Assembly (NCBI RefSeq): GCF_009914755.1
Contig: NC_060934.1
Reading direction: 5' to 3' (one strand)
DNA: 64,000 nucleotides
Source: the human T2T-CHM13v2.0 reference genome, Homo sapiens
The translations under genes and the position numbers were made by a program. The notes beneath the pieces are model-generated. The model searched no databases. It was not told where the DNA came from and saw only the letters and a program-made list of their open reading frames with translations. Each line of letters starts with the position of its first letter. The stretch's first letter is position 1. Positions 27,535 through 50,084 of the stretch are shown here, in pieces.

Positions 27535-28071
27535 TTTATTTTGAAACAGCTTTATGGAGATGTAACTCATATATTGTGCAATTTGCACATTTAAAATGCA
27601 CAATGATGGTTTTTGATACATTACATCATTATTCAATAAGACTTGTGGAATGTTATTTTCCATTTTTACTATTTTAAAATATACAATTCAGTGGCATTAA
27701 TTATATTCACAGTGTTGTGCAACCATCACCACTATTTCCAAAGTTTCATCACTCTAAACAGAAACTCTGTAACCATTAAGCAGTAACTCCCTATTTCCTC
27801 TTCCCATAAGCCCCTGGTATCCTTTCATGTACTATTTAGCTCTATGAATTTGCCTATTGTGGGTACTTCATGTAAATGGAATCATACAATATTTGTCATT
27901 TCATGTCTGACTTATCTCACTTAGCATAATGTTTTCTGGGTTCATCTGTGCTGTAGCATGTGCCAGAATTTCATTCCTTTCTATGGCTGAATAATATTCC
28001 ATTTCATGTATATACCCCATTTGTTTATCCACTCATCTGGTGATGGACATTTGGGTTGTTTACATCTTTTG
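27535..28071 (-). mobile_element. L1MB-type 3' end (two adjacent 3'-end fragments)
   Basis: acagctttatggagatgtaactcatat; atacaattcagtggcattaattatattcacagtgttgtgcaaccatcacc; tgtaaatggaatcatacaatatttgtc. Confidence 0.85.
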
Positions 28072-29069
28072 TGGAAACCCTTTGGCTACTGTGCTTAACT
28101 GACTTTCGTATGCCTTTCAAAGGAGAGAACGTGTGCCTGGTTGCACTTTGCAGTCAGGTGCACATGCATTCTGAATGCCTTGCAATTTTGTACATGCTTT
28201 AAGGAGAGGCATCCCATGATAGGCCTCTCAGTGCCCAGCATCAATAAAGACTGGCTGGTAAAAATTGCATGTATATAAAATAAAGGGCAGAGTCACTGAA
28301 CGCTTTCACTAACGTAATCTATTTGAGAAAAGGTTATGTGGTTTTCCTAAGCATAAATCATGCCTGACTAATTGAATAGACTTCTTTGAGATGATACATA
28401 TTTACGTGGGAAAACAGACACTGAGAATATGGCTGGTTTAAGCTTCCAAAATGTCTTGGAGGAAATTTTACACCAAAGCTATTATGTTTTAATTAAATCA
28501 CCATAGGATTGGAAATAGGAGCAAACTGTTTTACCATTATAGAAAACTGACATTCCATTCAATGAATATTTATGATGTGCTTAGTTAGGAACTATGGAAA
28601 ATACAAAATAAGACATATTCCCTGCACTCCCCCAAATCCACCTCCCAAGGGAAAAAGGAAGCACAAGTAATAAAATGTGTAGGATATGAAGGGTCACATC
28701 TTTGCAAGAAAAAAATATAAACCATGGGTTACCTTAGAGATTGGGCTCTAAGACCACTTCTATTCTAAATATATTTTAAGTAATGTTGTGGAGAGCATCT
28801 GGGGAAAACTCCAAGCTTACCTAGGCCAATAAATCCTTCAAGGAAGGAAACCATGGATGAAACCATGCTTTGTGAATGAACAACTATAATAAAAATGATG
28901 AAAACATATCATTGAGCGTTGAAAAGGCTAGTGAACTAATGCAAATAGTACAATCCATCCTAAAGAATGGGTTTAAATATAGCTATTATGTTCCATAAAA
29001 TATGACCAAGTATAAATACCTAAATAAATTTTTCCCACATCACAATTGTTATGGTGGGCTCATATGATT

Positions 29070-29097
29070 TAAACAAACAAACAAACAAACAAAAACA
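29070..29097. repeat. (AAAC)n microsatellite
   Basis: aaacaaacaaacaaacaaacaaaaac. Confidence 0.9.
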
Positions 29098-29712
29098 ATG
29101 GCATAAGATATGATGACTGTTTGGGAACAGACCACAATAATATCTCCTAACCTAATCATCATTTTAGAACAGTCATACTTAGAACATACACTGAATTAGA
29201 TGTTAGATGTTTGAAATTATGGGATTATAGAATGAATATAATCTTGCAGTCTCACAAGGTCACAAAGTCCATTGACATATTGGGAAATGTCAACTTATTG
29301 AGAAATAATTTTTTAAAGAAAAACAAAGTCTACATTCACATTTTATGTGGACATGAACAATACCATGATATGACTGTGAAAAATTTTTGGTTAAAGTATG
29401 CCTAAAAAATTTCACAAGAGAAATCTGAAAAACACATTCATATTAACTGGAAGAACACCAAAAGCAATCATTGAGCTTTTATCAAATGTTATTCTCAACA
29501 TCAACAACTTACAAGTTATTACCAGGTGGTAAAGCATGAGGTACCTAACTGTGGAAATGCTAGTGTGAAATAATGTGAAAATGTCATTCAACTAAAAGAG
29601 AATTTAAAACATACCAGAATACTCAAACAATGCCAAACTTGTAAAGCTTAGTAGATATAATACTGACTGATCCAAATTAACCATGGGCCTATTTACTTCC
29701 AAGCTCTCCCTC

Positions 29713-29910
29713 ATTTTTCTCCTTTTCCTTCCTTCCTTCCTTTCTCTTTCTTCCTTTCTTTCTTTCTCTGTCACGCTCTTTCCCTCTCTCTCTTTTCCTT
29801 CCTTCCTTCCTTCCTTCCTTCCTTCCTTCCTTCCTTCCTTCCTTCCTTCCTTCCTTCCCTCCTTCCCTCCCTCCCTTCCTTCCTTCCTCCCTCCTTCCTT
29901 CTTTCTTTTT
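29713..29910. repeat. (TTCC)n/(TTTC)n pyrimidine tract, probably derived from the tail of the adjacent AluJ
   Basis: Seen directly; abuts the 3' end of the minus-strand Alu. Confidence 0.93.
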
Positions 29911-30142
29911 CAGACAGGGTCAGGCTCTGGAGTGCAGTGGTGTGACCACGGCTCACTGCACCCTCAAATTTCTGGGCTCAAGTTATCCGCCTGCCTCAGC
30001 TTCCTTGGTAGCTAGGAATACAAGCATATGCCACTTTGCCTGGCTAATTAAAAAAAAAAAAAATTCTGTAGCGATGGAGGTCTTACTATGTTGCCCAGGC
30101 TGGTCTTGAACTCCTGGGCTCAAATCATCCTCCTGCCAGCTT
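29911..30142 (-). mobile_element. AluJ, 5'-truncated
   Basis: ggagtgcagtggtgtgaccacggctcactgca...ggtcttactatgttgcccaggctggtcttgaactcctgggctcaaatcatcctcctgcc. Confidence 0.9.
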
Positions 30143-30194
30143 TCCCTCCTTTTTCTGTTAACTAACAAAGATCTAATAGATCAGTTTGTAATGG

Positions 30195-30731
30195 ATAAAG
30201 CATAATTGACCTGGAAAAAGTCCAGCAAAGGACAAGTAAAATGATCAGAGGTGTGGAGGGGGGTATCCATGAAGACAAATGTAAAAGTTTTGAAATTTAG
30301 TTGCAAAGGTAAAGACAGAGTGAGGGTATTTTTGATGTTATTAGAATTGTAAAAGCAGAAACTAGGGAGACGTATGGCCAGCTCATCACATTCTGGAATA
30401 CTAGAACAAGGAGGAAATCTCTTCAGTCATTAGTGAGGAAAGTTTTAAGATAATTATTTGGGATAGAACTTCATAGTGCAAGGTGGACTAGTTGTTATAG
30501 AGTTTAAACATGAAGAGAAAAAGCAATTGAAATAAACTCACAACTTGACAAGTTCATGATGTGAGAAGAAGACAATTAGTAGATTTAGGATTTTCCTTAC
30601 CTTTAAAGGAGATGCTCATGCAGTCAAACGTATCTTCCAGAATTACATCTCTTGATAGTCAGTTTTAGAATGCTAGACTGAATAAGGACAATAAGTATGA
30701 CCTACTCTTCTGATTCTTATGCTCTTATGTT
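30195..30731 (+). mobile_element. CR1/L3-clade LINE 3' fragment (CR1_Mam-like)
   Basis: ctggaaaaagtccagcaaaggacaagtaaaatgatcagaggtgtggag...aatactagaacaagg...ttgacaagttcatgat; ends in the CR1-type tail ttcttatgctcttatgtt. Confidence 0.65.
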
Positions 30732-32419
30732 TAAGGCCAACTCCAGAGGGGAGACCTGACTGCAACCTAGGTTGTCATTTGTAAGTTAAAGAGAAATTAA
30801 GCAGAATACATACTTGGAAAGCTTTCTCCTCCAGAGCCTTGCAGCCCGCCCGGCCATAGATTTCAAATGGCTCTACAGAAAGCTACTAAACAACGTTCTT
30901 CTTTACTCCAAAAGAACACTTAAGAAAATCTATCCATTTTAGAGAAAAAAAATGAGAATATTCTGAAATCATACAGATCCTCAAAATATGTACATGATAT
31001 TATCACACTCTTAAATGCTAGAAAAGAAGTATTTTTTTTCTGGAAAGGAAATCATTGATGAATCTTTTAATCTGTATTTATGATTAAAGCATTACTCTCA
31101 TAATCATAACATTTATACAATTATTTCATAATTTGGCTTTTCTATAAAATGAGTTGGACTGTAGATTTCACCATTTCTAATTTCTTTTTTTCTCCTGTTT
31201 TTCAAAATTAAAGCTAAATCCAAGTTGAAGAAGTGCATTCTCAGTAAAAGTTGGGCTAATTTGTAGTGACCATTGCCTTTGACAAAAACAGATTAAGAAA
31301 AAGATAAGTTTATACAGAATTTGGATCAGGATTCACCTGGTTTCATGAAAATTTCAATAATCACATCTAAAACAATTCCCCTGTTTTACAAGCCAGGATT
31401 GTATTAGGTTAATAAACAAATGAGATTAGTAAAATGCAGATAATTGTTTATTATCAGGAAGTCACCTTTCATTCTACAATGTTGTACTGGAGCAAGAAGG
31501 ATACACAGAAGACTCCAGTGACTTAGGGATAAAATAATGATTGATTGAATTTGCTTCAGAAATGATTGCCCTTTATCTTCTTAGGAACAGATGCACTAGG
31601 TACCTCCAATTATGTAACTAGGATCAAAATTCATTCTTCCTTCTGGTAAGAAAATCATAAAGTAAAATCCACGTCTCTCTTCTCTAGGTGCAATTTTGAA
31701 ATATGTCTAGAAAGAATGCATTGGTAAAAAAAAAAAAAAGCATATGGGTAAAAAATATGCTTCCATTGAAGTGTTGTATCAGAAAGCACCACCATGAGAT
31801 CTATCATTTGATAGTTTAAAACCTGGATCATATGGGCACACTGCCTATTCACAGGCCAAATACTGAAGTGATGGAAAACCTACAGTAACATGGGAAAAGA
31901 GTCCCATTTCTTTCCCCGTGCCTGGTACGTATAGAAGTTGATATGTAAATTATGTGCCCTTTGGAGGGTTGTATAAAAGAGTGATGGGCTTAGTTTAAGC
32001 TACATCCATTGGAGGCCAAAGGTTGTGATGAAAATGTATTATTTTAAAATAAAATCTTCAAGATGTTCTTGAAGTGCTACAAATAAATTGGGACTTCTGC
32101 ATGGCTTGCTAGGTTCTTTCCTTTTTCATCTGAATGTCCTGGCATTGGATGGACCAATAAGTGCCTTCTTAAATTGGATTTGCTTCTGAGAATTCTTCCT
32201 ATGCATAATCACAATTTCCTATTTTCTCTTACACATGAGTTTAAACATTTAAACAGATTGGGTTTTGCTAACAAATTGTAGCTTTTGTTATCTTTTTGAA
32301 TTACTTGTTTAACCCTACACAAAGTCTGCCCTTGGATTTGCCTGAATTTTTGTCTTTTGAATCAAGAAGTTGATTAAGCCAAAATTTCATGTGCATATAA
32401 ATAACCCAATGATCTTGGT

Positions 32420-32535
32420 AATGAGTAAATTCTGATTCAGTAGGTCTGGTGTAGGGCTCGAAATTATGCATTTATAACAAGCTCCCAGGACATGCTGAGG
32501 CTGGTGGTCTGAGGACCACACTTTGAGGAGCACAG
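32420..32535. mobile_element. MER5A/B hAT-Charlie DNA transposon fragment
   Basis: attctgattcagtaggtctggtgtagggc...tgcatttataacaagctcccagg...ggtctgaggaccacactttgag. Confidence 0.85.
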
Positions 32536-33068
32536 TTAAGCAACTATCATTGAACCCATCAATCATAACACTTGTGTGTCTTCTGGAGATATTCTGAGAG
32601 TGACATTGAAAGTCTACATTTCTATGCACTAAAAAAAAAAATGCCACATTTCCACTCAGAAACTGCTTTTATCTTTGCCTGGCTCATTCAGTATGCAGGC
32701 CCTACACTGAATTCATAAAATCAAACTACACATTTGAAGGACCATGTATCAGCCAAATAAGGTCACCCAAATACAGAGACACACCTTCAATGAAAGAAAA
32801 AAATTACTCTTTGTTTCAATAAACTTTGCACATAAGGACTGAAAGTTGTTTTCTACTTTCAAGAACTTCTTACCAAAAGGAATGACAATTACTATACTTT
32901 GAAAAGGTCAAGGGATTTACCTTGGGTTTCTATAGCTGAAGAGCTCCATCACTTTTCTGTGGACATTTGAGCTGCTTGGACTTTGAAATGAAATAGCTAC
33001 TAGTGCAGAGATTTATCTCAAGCATTGCAGTCTTTCATAGGTAATTTTCTAGCTGGAAAAAGATGTGA

Positions 33069-33476
<408 letters not shown>

Positions 33477-34163
33477 TAAGGAAATATATTAACAAGGTAA
33501 ATTTAAATATAAATAATTTCTATAATTTAATGAAATAAACAAGTTTCTATACTAAAATTATAGATTCCTCAAAAAAAGATAGATATTCATTAGAATTCTA
33601 AGCAAAGAAAGAATTTTAAGTGAGCAACATATAGGAGGAAATAGAAAATATATAGAAAATAGGTAAGGGAGAATTAAAGAAACATTATCAGGCATAACAT
33701 GAAAGATAACAACTGTATTACATATTGCAACTTCATACGTTCTGATATCCAAATCCCCAAATTCTATGGATATAATTTCTTTTGTATTAGAATTCCAAAA
33801 ATCTATGCTTAGTGAACAGACTGTGGAAAGATGGAAATTGATAGCTAGGCAAAGCTAAAGTAGGCGAAGCATTTAAGCCCATATTAATACTGATTTCACA
33901 GAATCTATTCAAAATTGGAAGTAAATGCATTATCTGCAGATATAAAAATATCTGATTTTAATTAAGATAAAGCGTCTCTCTAAGGAAAACATTAATTCGT
34001 ATGATTTCATAGTGTAATCTCCTTTTTTATGGTTTAATAACTGGGAAGCATTAAAGGCAAATAACATTATGTATTTGTTCATATCGAACAATACAGTTGA
34101 ATGGATTCAACAAATGATGGTGACAAATAATCTTCAGTCATACAGAAATTTTAAAATAAATCA

Positions 34164-35185
34164 GATCTAATTATACTAAAGAGCTTCTGTGCAGTGAAAG
34201 AAACTATCATCAGAGAGAATGGACAACCTACAGAATGGGAATTTTTGCAATCTATCCATCTGACAAAGGTCTAATATCCAGAATCTATGAACTTAAACAA
34301 ATTTACAAGGAAAAAAAAATCCCCTTTAAAAAGTGGACAAAGGACATGAACAGACACTTCTCAAAAGAAGACATTTATGTGGCCAATAAACATACTTTTA
34401 AAAAGCTCAATACCACTCATCATTAGAGAAATGCAAATCAAAACCACAGTGAAATACCATCTCACACCAATAAGAAGGGTGATTATTAAAAAGTCAAGAA
34501 ACCACAGATGCTGGCATGGCTGCAGAGAAATAGAAATGCTTTTACACTGCTGGTAGAGATGTAAGTTAGTTCAACCATTGTGGAAGACAGTGTGGCAATT
34601 CCTCAAAGATCTAGAACCAGAAATACCATTTGACCCAGATATCCCATTACTGGGTATATACCCAAAGGAATATGAATCATTCTATTATTAAGACACATGC
34701 AAACATATGTTCATTGATATATTCAATAGGGAAGACATGGAATCAACCCAAATGCCCATCAATGATAGACTGGATAAAGAAAATGTGGTCCATATACACC
34801 ATGGAATACTATGCAGCCATAAAAAGGAAAAAGATCATGTCCTCTGCAGGGACATGATGGAGCTGAAGCCATTATCTTCAGCAAATTAATGCAGGTACAG
34901 AAAATCAAACACCACATTTTTCTCAATTATAAGTGGGAGCTGAACAATGAGAACGTATGGACACAGGGAGCGGAACAACACACAATGGGGCCTACTGGTG
35001 GGGTAGGGGATGCACAGGAGGAGGGACAGCATCAGGATAAATAGTTAATGCATCCTGGGCTTGATACCTAGGTGATAGGTAGATACATGCAGCAAACCAC
35101 CATGGCACACATTTACCTATGTAACAAACCTGCATGTCCTGCACATGTATCCTGGAAGTTAAAATAAAATAAAATAAAATAAAAA
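34164..35185 (+). mobile_element. 5'-truncated L1PA (about PA11-13) 3' end
   Basis: gatctaattatactaaagagcttctg...gcagcaaaccaccatggcacacatttacctatgtaacaaacctgc plus (AAAAT)n tail. Confidence 0.92.
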
Positions 35186-35566
35186 GAAACATGTGAATAT
35201 CCAGCCCTAAACCTAAAAAAAAGAAAATATATCAACATTCTCTACACTACTTAACAACTGGACTTTAAAGTTAACTTAAATGATCTCTGTGGATAAAGTA
35301 CCATTGCAACATAATGATACTGCCAGTAGTATAAGAGGAATGATAAGAGAAAAATTATCATTTGGACAGTAATAGAAAAGAAGGGTTAAATATGGTAATA
35401 GAGGCAGTGGAGATAATCCCAAAGAGAGTACTAAGTGGTTACAAAGACACAGTGCCTCAAGGCTCAGTCATATCCCTGGGATATACTTATTTCTAATAAG
35501 ATTTGGCAATTACTGTGCAAAGGAAAAGCCCTAAACACAATGAATCCTTAAAAAGTTCCCTTAGTC

Positions 35567-35842
35567 GGCCGGGCGCGGTGGCTCATGCCTGTAATCCTAG
35601 CACTATGGGAGGCCAAGGCGGGCAGATCACCTGTGGTCAGGAGGTTCAAGACCAGCCTGGCCAATATGGTGAAACCCCATCTCTACTAAAAAATACAAAA
35701 ATTAGCTTGGTGTGGTGGCGTTCACCTGTAATCCCAGCTACTTGGGAGGCTGAGGCACGAGAATCACTGGAAACCGGGAGAGGTTGCAGTGAGCCAAGAT
35801 CGTGCCACTGCACTCCAGCATGGGTGACTGAGTGAGGCTCCA

Positions 35843-35870
<28 letters not shown>
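35567..35870 (+). mobile_element. AluS (Sx/Sz-like)
   Basis: Full dimer with poly(A); TSD aaaaagttcccttagtc / aaaaattcccttagtc. Confidence 0.95.
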
Positions 35871-35875
<5 letters not shown>

Positions 35876-36690
35876 CCCTTAGTCATCTTAGATAACAGCT
35901 TATTGGCAACATTGTGCTTTATACCTTCAAATACATCTCTCCAAATGTTCTCAGAACTCACTTTTGTTTGTTTTAGCCTTGGTCTAACAGCAACAGCCTG
36001 GCTGATGTTATGCCAAGATTCCAGTTGGTGGAAATGTAGAGTTACTCATAGCTATGGCTATTAGAAGGAAGATGTTTTGTCATTTGACTAATAAGGTTTT
36101 ACTAAAGTTAAAAGGGGTCTTCAAACCTCCGAGATGAAATTCAGCAAAAAGTTAGGGATATTTGCAGAAAGCTGACCATTACATAATCACCTTATGGAAT
36201 GTTTAAAATCTTTTCACCAGGTTGTATTACCAGATACTGCCACTCACATTACTATGTCCACGGACCATGGTAAGACTGTAAAGCCTTATTTGGTTTATTT
36301 CGGTTCACTGGCGTATAATTCCTCTCAGCTCCCTATTCTTTGGCCCTTTCCCCAGGATTAGATCTGCTTCAAAGAAAACATCCTAAAATTAGCTTGACTG
36401 TGGTACAATTTCAATATTCATACCGTAATTTAATAAAGGTATCCTCTTGTTGACTTCATTTCTCTTTTCTATCTCACATCCACTGAACCCCAAATATCTT
36501 TCTGCTTCTGCTTCTCTTATTTCAGTAGCATAAACTATACCATTTAAAAGAGGCCTTTTCCAATGTTTCATTTACACTGAGGGCCAGTGAAAGCAAGATA
36601 AATGCACCCATATACATGCATAAGACATTTTAGGAATGTATCTTTCTTCCTGTGCTCCTTTAGGTTTTCACTTTTTTAGCTGCTTATTAG

Positions 36691-37001
<311 letters not shown>

Positions 37002-37064
37002 TGCTTATTAGTTTTTCAGCAGTGAGAGATAAATCAGTTTCCCTTTGAGGCCACCCCCGCCTCA

Positions 37065-37433
37065 TGCAATAAACTAAATGTTTATGCCCCACCCCCCCAT
37101 TCATATGTTGAAATTTAATCACCAATGTAATGGTACTAGGAAATGGGGCTCTTGGGAGGCAATTAGATCATGAGGGTGGAGATCTCACAAATGGGATTAG
37201 TGCCCTTTTAAATGAGACTCCAGAGTTCTCTCACCCCTTCTGCCACATGAGGACACAGTGAAAAGACAGCTCTCTAGGAACCAGGAAGTGGGCCTTCACC
37301 AGACACTAAATCTTCCAGCAACCCCTTCATCTTGGACTTCCCAGCATCCTGAACTGTGAAGAAGAAATTTCTGTTGCTTATAAGCCACTCAGTCTATGGC
37401 ATTATGTTATAGTAGCCCAAACTGACCAAGATA
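37065..37433 (+). mobile_element. MLT1A0 solo LTR
   Basis: ttcatatgttgaaatttaatcaccaatg...ggaaccaggaagtgggccttcaccagacac...taagccactcagtctatggc; perfect TSD cctca (37060-37064, 37434-37438). Confidence 0.92.
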
Positions 37434-37439
37434 CCTCAG

Positions 37440-37580
37440 TTTATTTATTTATTAATGTTGAAAAGGTTTATTGGGTGCTATGCTTTGGGCACTGTGCTAG
37501 GAGCTGGAGGTATATAGAGTGGGACAGCACAGTCCTTGCTTTGAAAAGACTCACAGAATAATAGAGAAAGCCAGTATTTC
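37440..37580 (-). mobile_element. L2 3' end fragment
   Basis: tttattgggtgctatgctttgggcactgtgctaggagctggagg...agtccttgctttg. Confidence 0.7.
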
Positions 37581-37744
37581 TCCAATATTGGCTTCAGAAT
37601 TAAAATAGAAAAGTGTATAGATCTCTTCCTTCAGGTAATCATTCATTCATACATGAGCCACTCATTCATTCATTTGTATATGATGAACAGGAACTATAAG
37701 GTCTCTGCCCTTGGCAGTTGGGAGTTTTTAGAGTGTCCACGTAT

Positions 37745-38053
37745 GGCTGGGTGTGGTGGCTCATGTCTGTAATCTCAGCACTTTGGGAGGTCCAGGTGGG
37801 AGGATTGCTTGAGCCCAGGAGACTAGCCTGGGCAACATGATGAGACCCATTTCTACAAAACAAAAATTTTAAAATATTAGCTATTAAAATATTACAGTGG
37901 CTCACACCTGTAATCCCAGCTACTCAGAAGGCTGAGACAGTAGGATCACTGCAGCTCAGGAGGTCCAGGCTGCAGTGAGCTATTGTCATAGCACTATACT
38001 CCAGCCTAGGCAACAGAGCGAGACCCTGTCTCAAAAAAAAAAAAAAAAAAAAA
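37745..38053 (+). mobile_element. AluJ
   Basis: ggaggattgcttgagcccagga, ggctgcagtgagctattgtcatagcactatactcc, gagaccctgtctc plus poly(A). Confidence 0.92.
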
Positions 38054-38083
38054 GGAGTACCTACATGTGCTTATGCAAGCATG

Positions 38084-38115
<32 letters not shown>

Positions 38116-38121
38116 CACACA
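38084..38121. repeat. (CA)n microsatellite
   Basis: Seen directly; one CG interruption. Confidence 0.95.
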
Positions 38122-38919
38122 GGGGATATGCAGATACTGACTTAACGAGAGTTTTATTTTTAAAGGATATGTTTTATTTTGCCATCACACACAGTCTGCA
38201 AGATTTGTGAGTGCCACTTCATGCTATGCTCTGAATACATCTCTGATATAAGGCTTCATACAAGGCTTGTAGTTTTAATTTAAAATACTTTTTTAGTGAA
38301 TATTTTACTGACTACAGCTCCACCTGAATCTCTTTATGCAAGCAAGCAGGGCACTCTGAAAAAGGCATCCTGCGGTGTCAACAATGCCTGTGGGGGCTTA
38401 AAACGTCCACATTTATCTATGTGTAAGAGACCTATGGTCGTGCTCCATAGAGGGTTACAGGGACAATATAGGCAGAGAGAAATCTTGGACTGAGAAATTT
38501 TTCAACATAAATGGCTTAGCGAGATAACATCATAGAGGAAATTCATTGGTATAATCTCACATTGATAAGCAGCTATTTCTGACCCTTGTCAAGTTTACAC
38601 ATTCCTCAGCTCTTTGAAACAAATGAATCATGCCTGCAAAGCTTTCATGATCAGCTTGAAAAAGGTAAGAAGGAGCTTTCAAAATTCATTAGTAGAACTA
38701 TGAAAAGCTCAAGCCCCTTCAAAATGAGTTGCAAATATTTTAGAAAAGGATGTATGTAGGTATGTTTATTTTTTATTTCAGTGGAGCAACTAAAGAAAAA
38801 ATCTAAAAGTCTGTAACTTACTATGCCTGTATAAATAAAAAGAAGACAATTGAATCACAAGGATCAGAAAATAAAACATTTTTAAAAGAGAGTTAACCAA
38901 TTAAAATCACGGCATGTTA

Positions 38920-39597
38920 ATTTGCAGATATCAATAAACGGATTGTAAGTTGATAGGGAAGACAAAAGATTTAAAATAGCCAACATAGTGTTTCAACACA
39001 GTATTTAAGAAGATCAACAAAGCCAGAGGGCTGACACTACCCAACTTCGATAGTTGGTATAAAACTAATCAAGACACTGCAGTATCAGCAAAAGAATAGA
39101 GAAATAAATCAGTGGAATAGAATAGAAAGCCCAGAAATGGACCCAGATGAATATAGTCAAGTAAGCTTTGACAGAGGAGCAAAGGCAATTCAATGAAGAA
39201 AGGATCATCTTTACAGGATATAGTGTTGACACAACTTGGCACCTACATGCAAAAAAAGATGAATATAGACATGACCTTTTACCTTCCAAAATATTCAACC
39301 AAAACAGATCATAGATCTAAGTGTAAAGTTTAAAACTATAAAACTACTGAAAGAAAACACAAAATCTAGCTTACCTGGCTTTAGTTATGATTTTTTAGCT
39401 ACAACACCAAAAGCAATATCCATGAAAGAATAAAGTGATATGTAAGACTTCATTAGAATTGAGCATTTCTGCTTTATGAAAGACATAGTTAAGAGAATGA
39501 AGACATGTCGCAGACTTGGAAAAAATATTTGTAAAACACATACCACATAAAGGAATTGTATTCACAATATACAAAGAACTCTTAAAACTCAACAATA
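38920..39597 (+). mobile_element. L1MC1-like ORF2 fragment (left part of a split host element)
   Basis: gggctgacactacccaacttc...cagtggaatagaatagaaagcccagaaat...tatacaaagaactcttaaaactcaacaata. Confidence 0.8.
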
Positions 39598-41510
<1,913 letters not shown>

Positions 41511-41544
41511 ACAAGAAGATAACCAGTAATTAAGTTAATTATTT

Positions 41545-48150
<6,606 letters not shown>

Positions 48151-48527
48151 TATTCTAATTTTAAAATAAGCTAAATATCTGAACAGACATTTTATCAAAG
48201 AAGATATACAGATGGCAAATAAGCATATGAAAAGATGTTCAACATCATATATCATTGAAGCATTATGAATTAGAACAACATTGAGATACCGCCATGCACC
48301 CATTAGACTGGCTAAAATTCAAAATACTGACATAATCAAATGCTAGTGAAAATACGAAGCAACAGGAATCCGCATTCACTGATGGTAAGAATGCATAATG
48401 GCACAGCCACTTTGGAAGATAACCTGGCAGGAGGGAGGAAATAAATGAGAACTCACTGTAGTTTTATTCGATTTTTTTGTAAAATAAAAACTGCTCTAAA
48501 AAATAAAATGTATTTTTTTTAAAAAAG
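48151..48527 (+). mobile_element. L1MC1-like 3' part (right part of the split host element, internally deleted)
   Basis: atctgaacagacattttatcaaagaagatatacagatggcaaataagcatatgaaaagatg...cagccactttggaaga; 3' end aaaactgctctaaaaaataaa. Confidence 0.8.
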
Positions 48528-50084
48528 AGGCAGTATAAAACTATTCCTGAAACAAAAATCACATAAAGATATACACAAAATAAAAAATAAAAATATAGAA
48601 GGAAAGTCTTACCCTTTAGAAGAAATTACAGGGCAAGAAATTAAAAGTGATGTAAAATTGCCAACAGAATTTAAATGTCTGTCAATAAGACAATGACTTT
48701 TAAATGGAAAAACAGGCACAGTGAACCCAAGATAAAAAGTTCAGGGACATTCAATTTCATGCTACTTTCTTATCCAATCCCATCAGGACCTCAAAATTAC
48801 ATGATTGTGCTATATATTCTAAAAATTCATTTGTCTCTTTTGAAATAAGCAACATTCATATTCAACTCTAATTGATATTATAGTAATTAGAAGTCTAGGA
48901 TATTGGCCAACTTAATCTAATTAAAGTTTCTCAGGGAATCATCATCATTATTTTTTAATTGTTGTATGCGACAGAAGTAAAATAACAGATTCATGATTCC
49001 ACGTTGTAATGATTACTGACATCTTCATTGTATTTGAAGAAATATTACATTTTTGCTACATGGCCAATTGGGAAATGAAAAAGAGAATGATGTAGAATTG
49101 CATACAATGATCTAAAGACTCAATGATGAATAGTTATTTATGGATATTGACAATGGCATAGTGTTAAAGCAGCCAAATACACTCCTAACGAATGAGTGTA
49201 ACACTGCAGAGGAAAATTGGTTTGGTCTTACATGCCAAAGAGTACTATAGTTAGTGTTTTGTTTTTGGAGGGTTCCTTGGATATTAGTAACTATAATTTA
49301 GGGGAGTATTAGCCTTGTGGCAACAAAGACTCTTTGTTTGAAGGTCTGATTGCTACTTGGTCATTAAGTATGATGGGATCTTTTCTGTCTAAGATGGATT
49401 TTTTTTAGTTGAGTTGTGGATAGTACAAACTGATTCTCAATTAAAACTTGTATGAAATTTGCCATCTTTGAGACCAGCAATACTTCCTGTTTCAAAACAC
49501 AGCAGAGGCAGCAAACTCAAGTATGTCATGCTAGCCATTTTACTTCCTGGTCTTTCTGTGCTTAGAAGCTTTCATTCTACCACGCAGTAGACAAGATAGA
49601 ATGTCATCCTGTTGCTGAGCCTACAGGACACAGATACTCTGTCACAGTTTTGCTGAGTAGTCAGTGTCATTTATTGGGCACTTATGTGAGCATCTTCATC
49701 TGCTCATCTTGAAATTATTCAAAATCATCTTTACTTGTCCTCCTTTTTCTCACTTTCTGAGAAAATATGTACTGTATATTTCTTTCTCATCTGAATAAGA
49801 ATCAGGGAAATACAAAAAAAACACCAATGAGATGCTGCATTTTATCCATAGGATTGGCAATAAATTATATTCTGCCAGCATCAAGAGTTGGTGAGGATGT
49901 TGATGGGATTAAAAGTTAGTATAAAACTTTGGCAGGGGTGGCCAGTTGTGGATAAAACTCCTTTGGTCTCTTTCAGAGCACACAGTTTTAGGTGGGAAGT
50001 GGATGCTGAACTAATGACTGACTGTATTTCCAGCCTTTCTTCCAGCTAAGTGGCCTTGAAACCATAGACGTTTCCTAGGTCATT

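Noticed and set aside
29683-30015. Low-complexity LPSF / RKEG repeat proteins
   Set aside because: Translations of the (TTCC)n microsatellite
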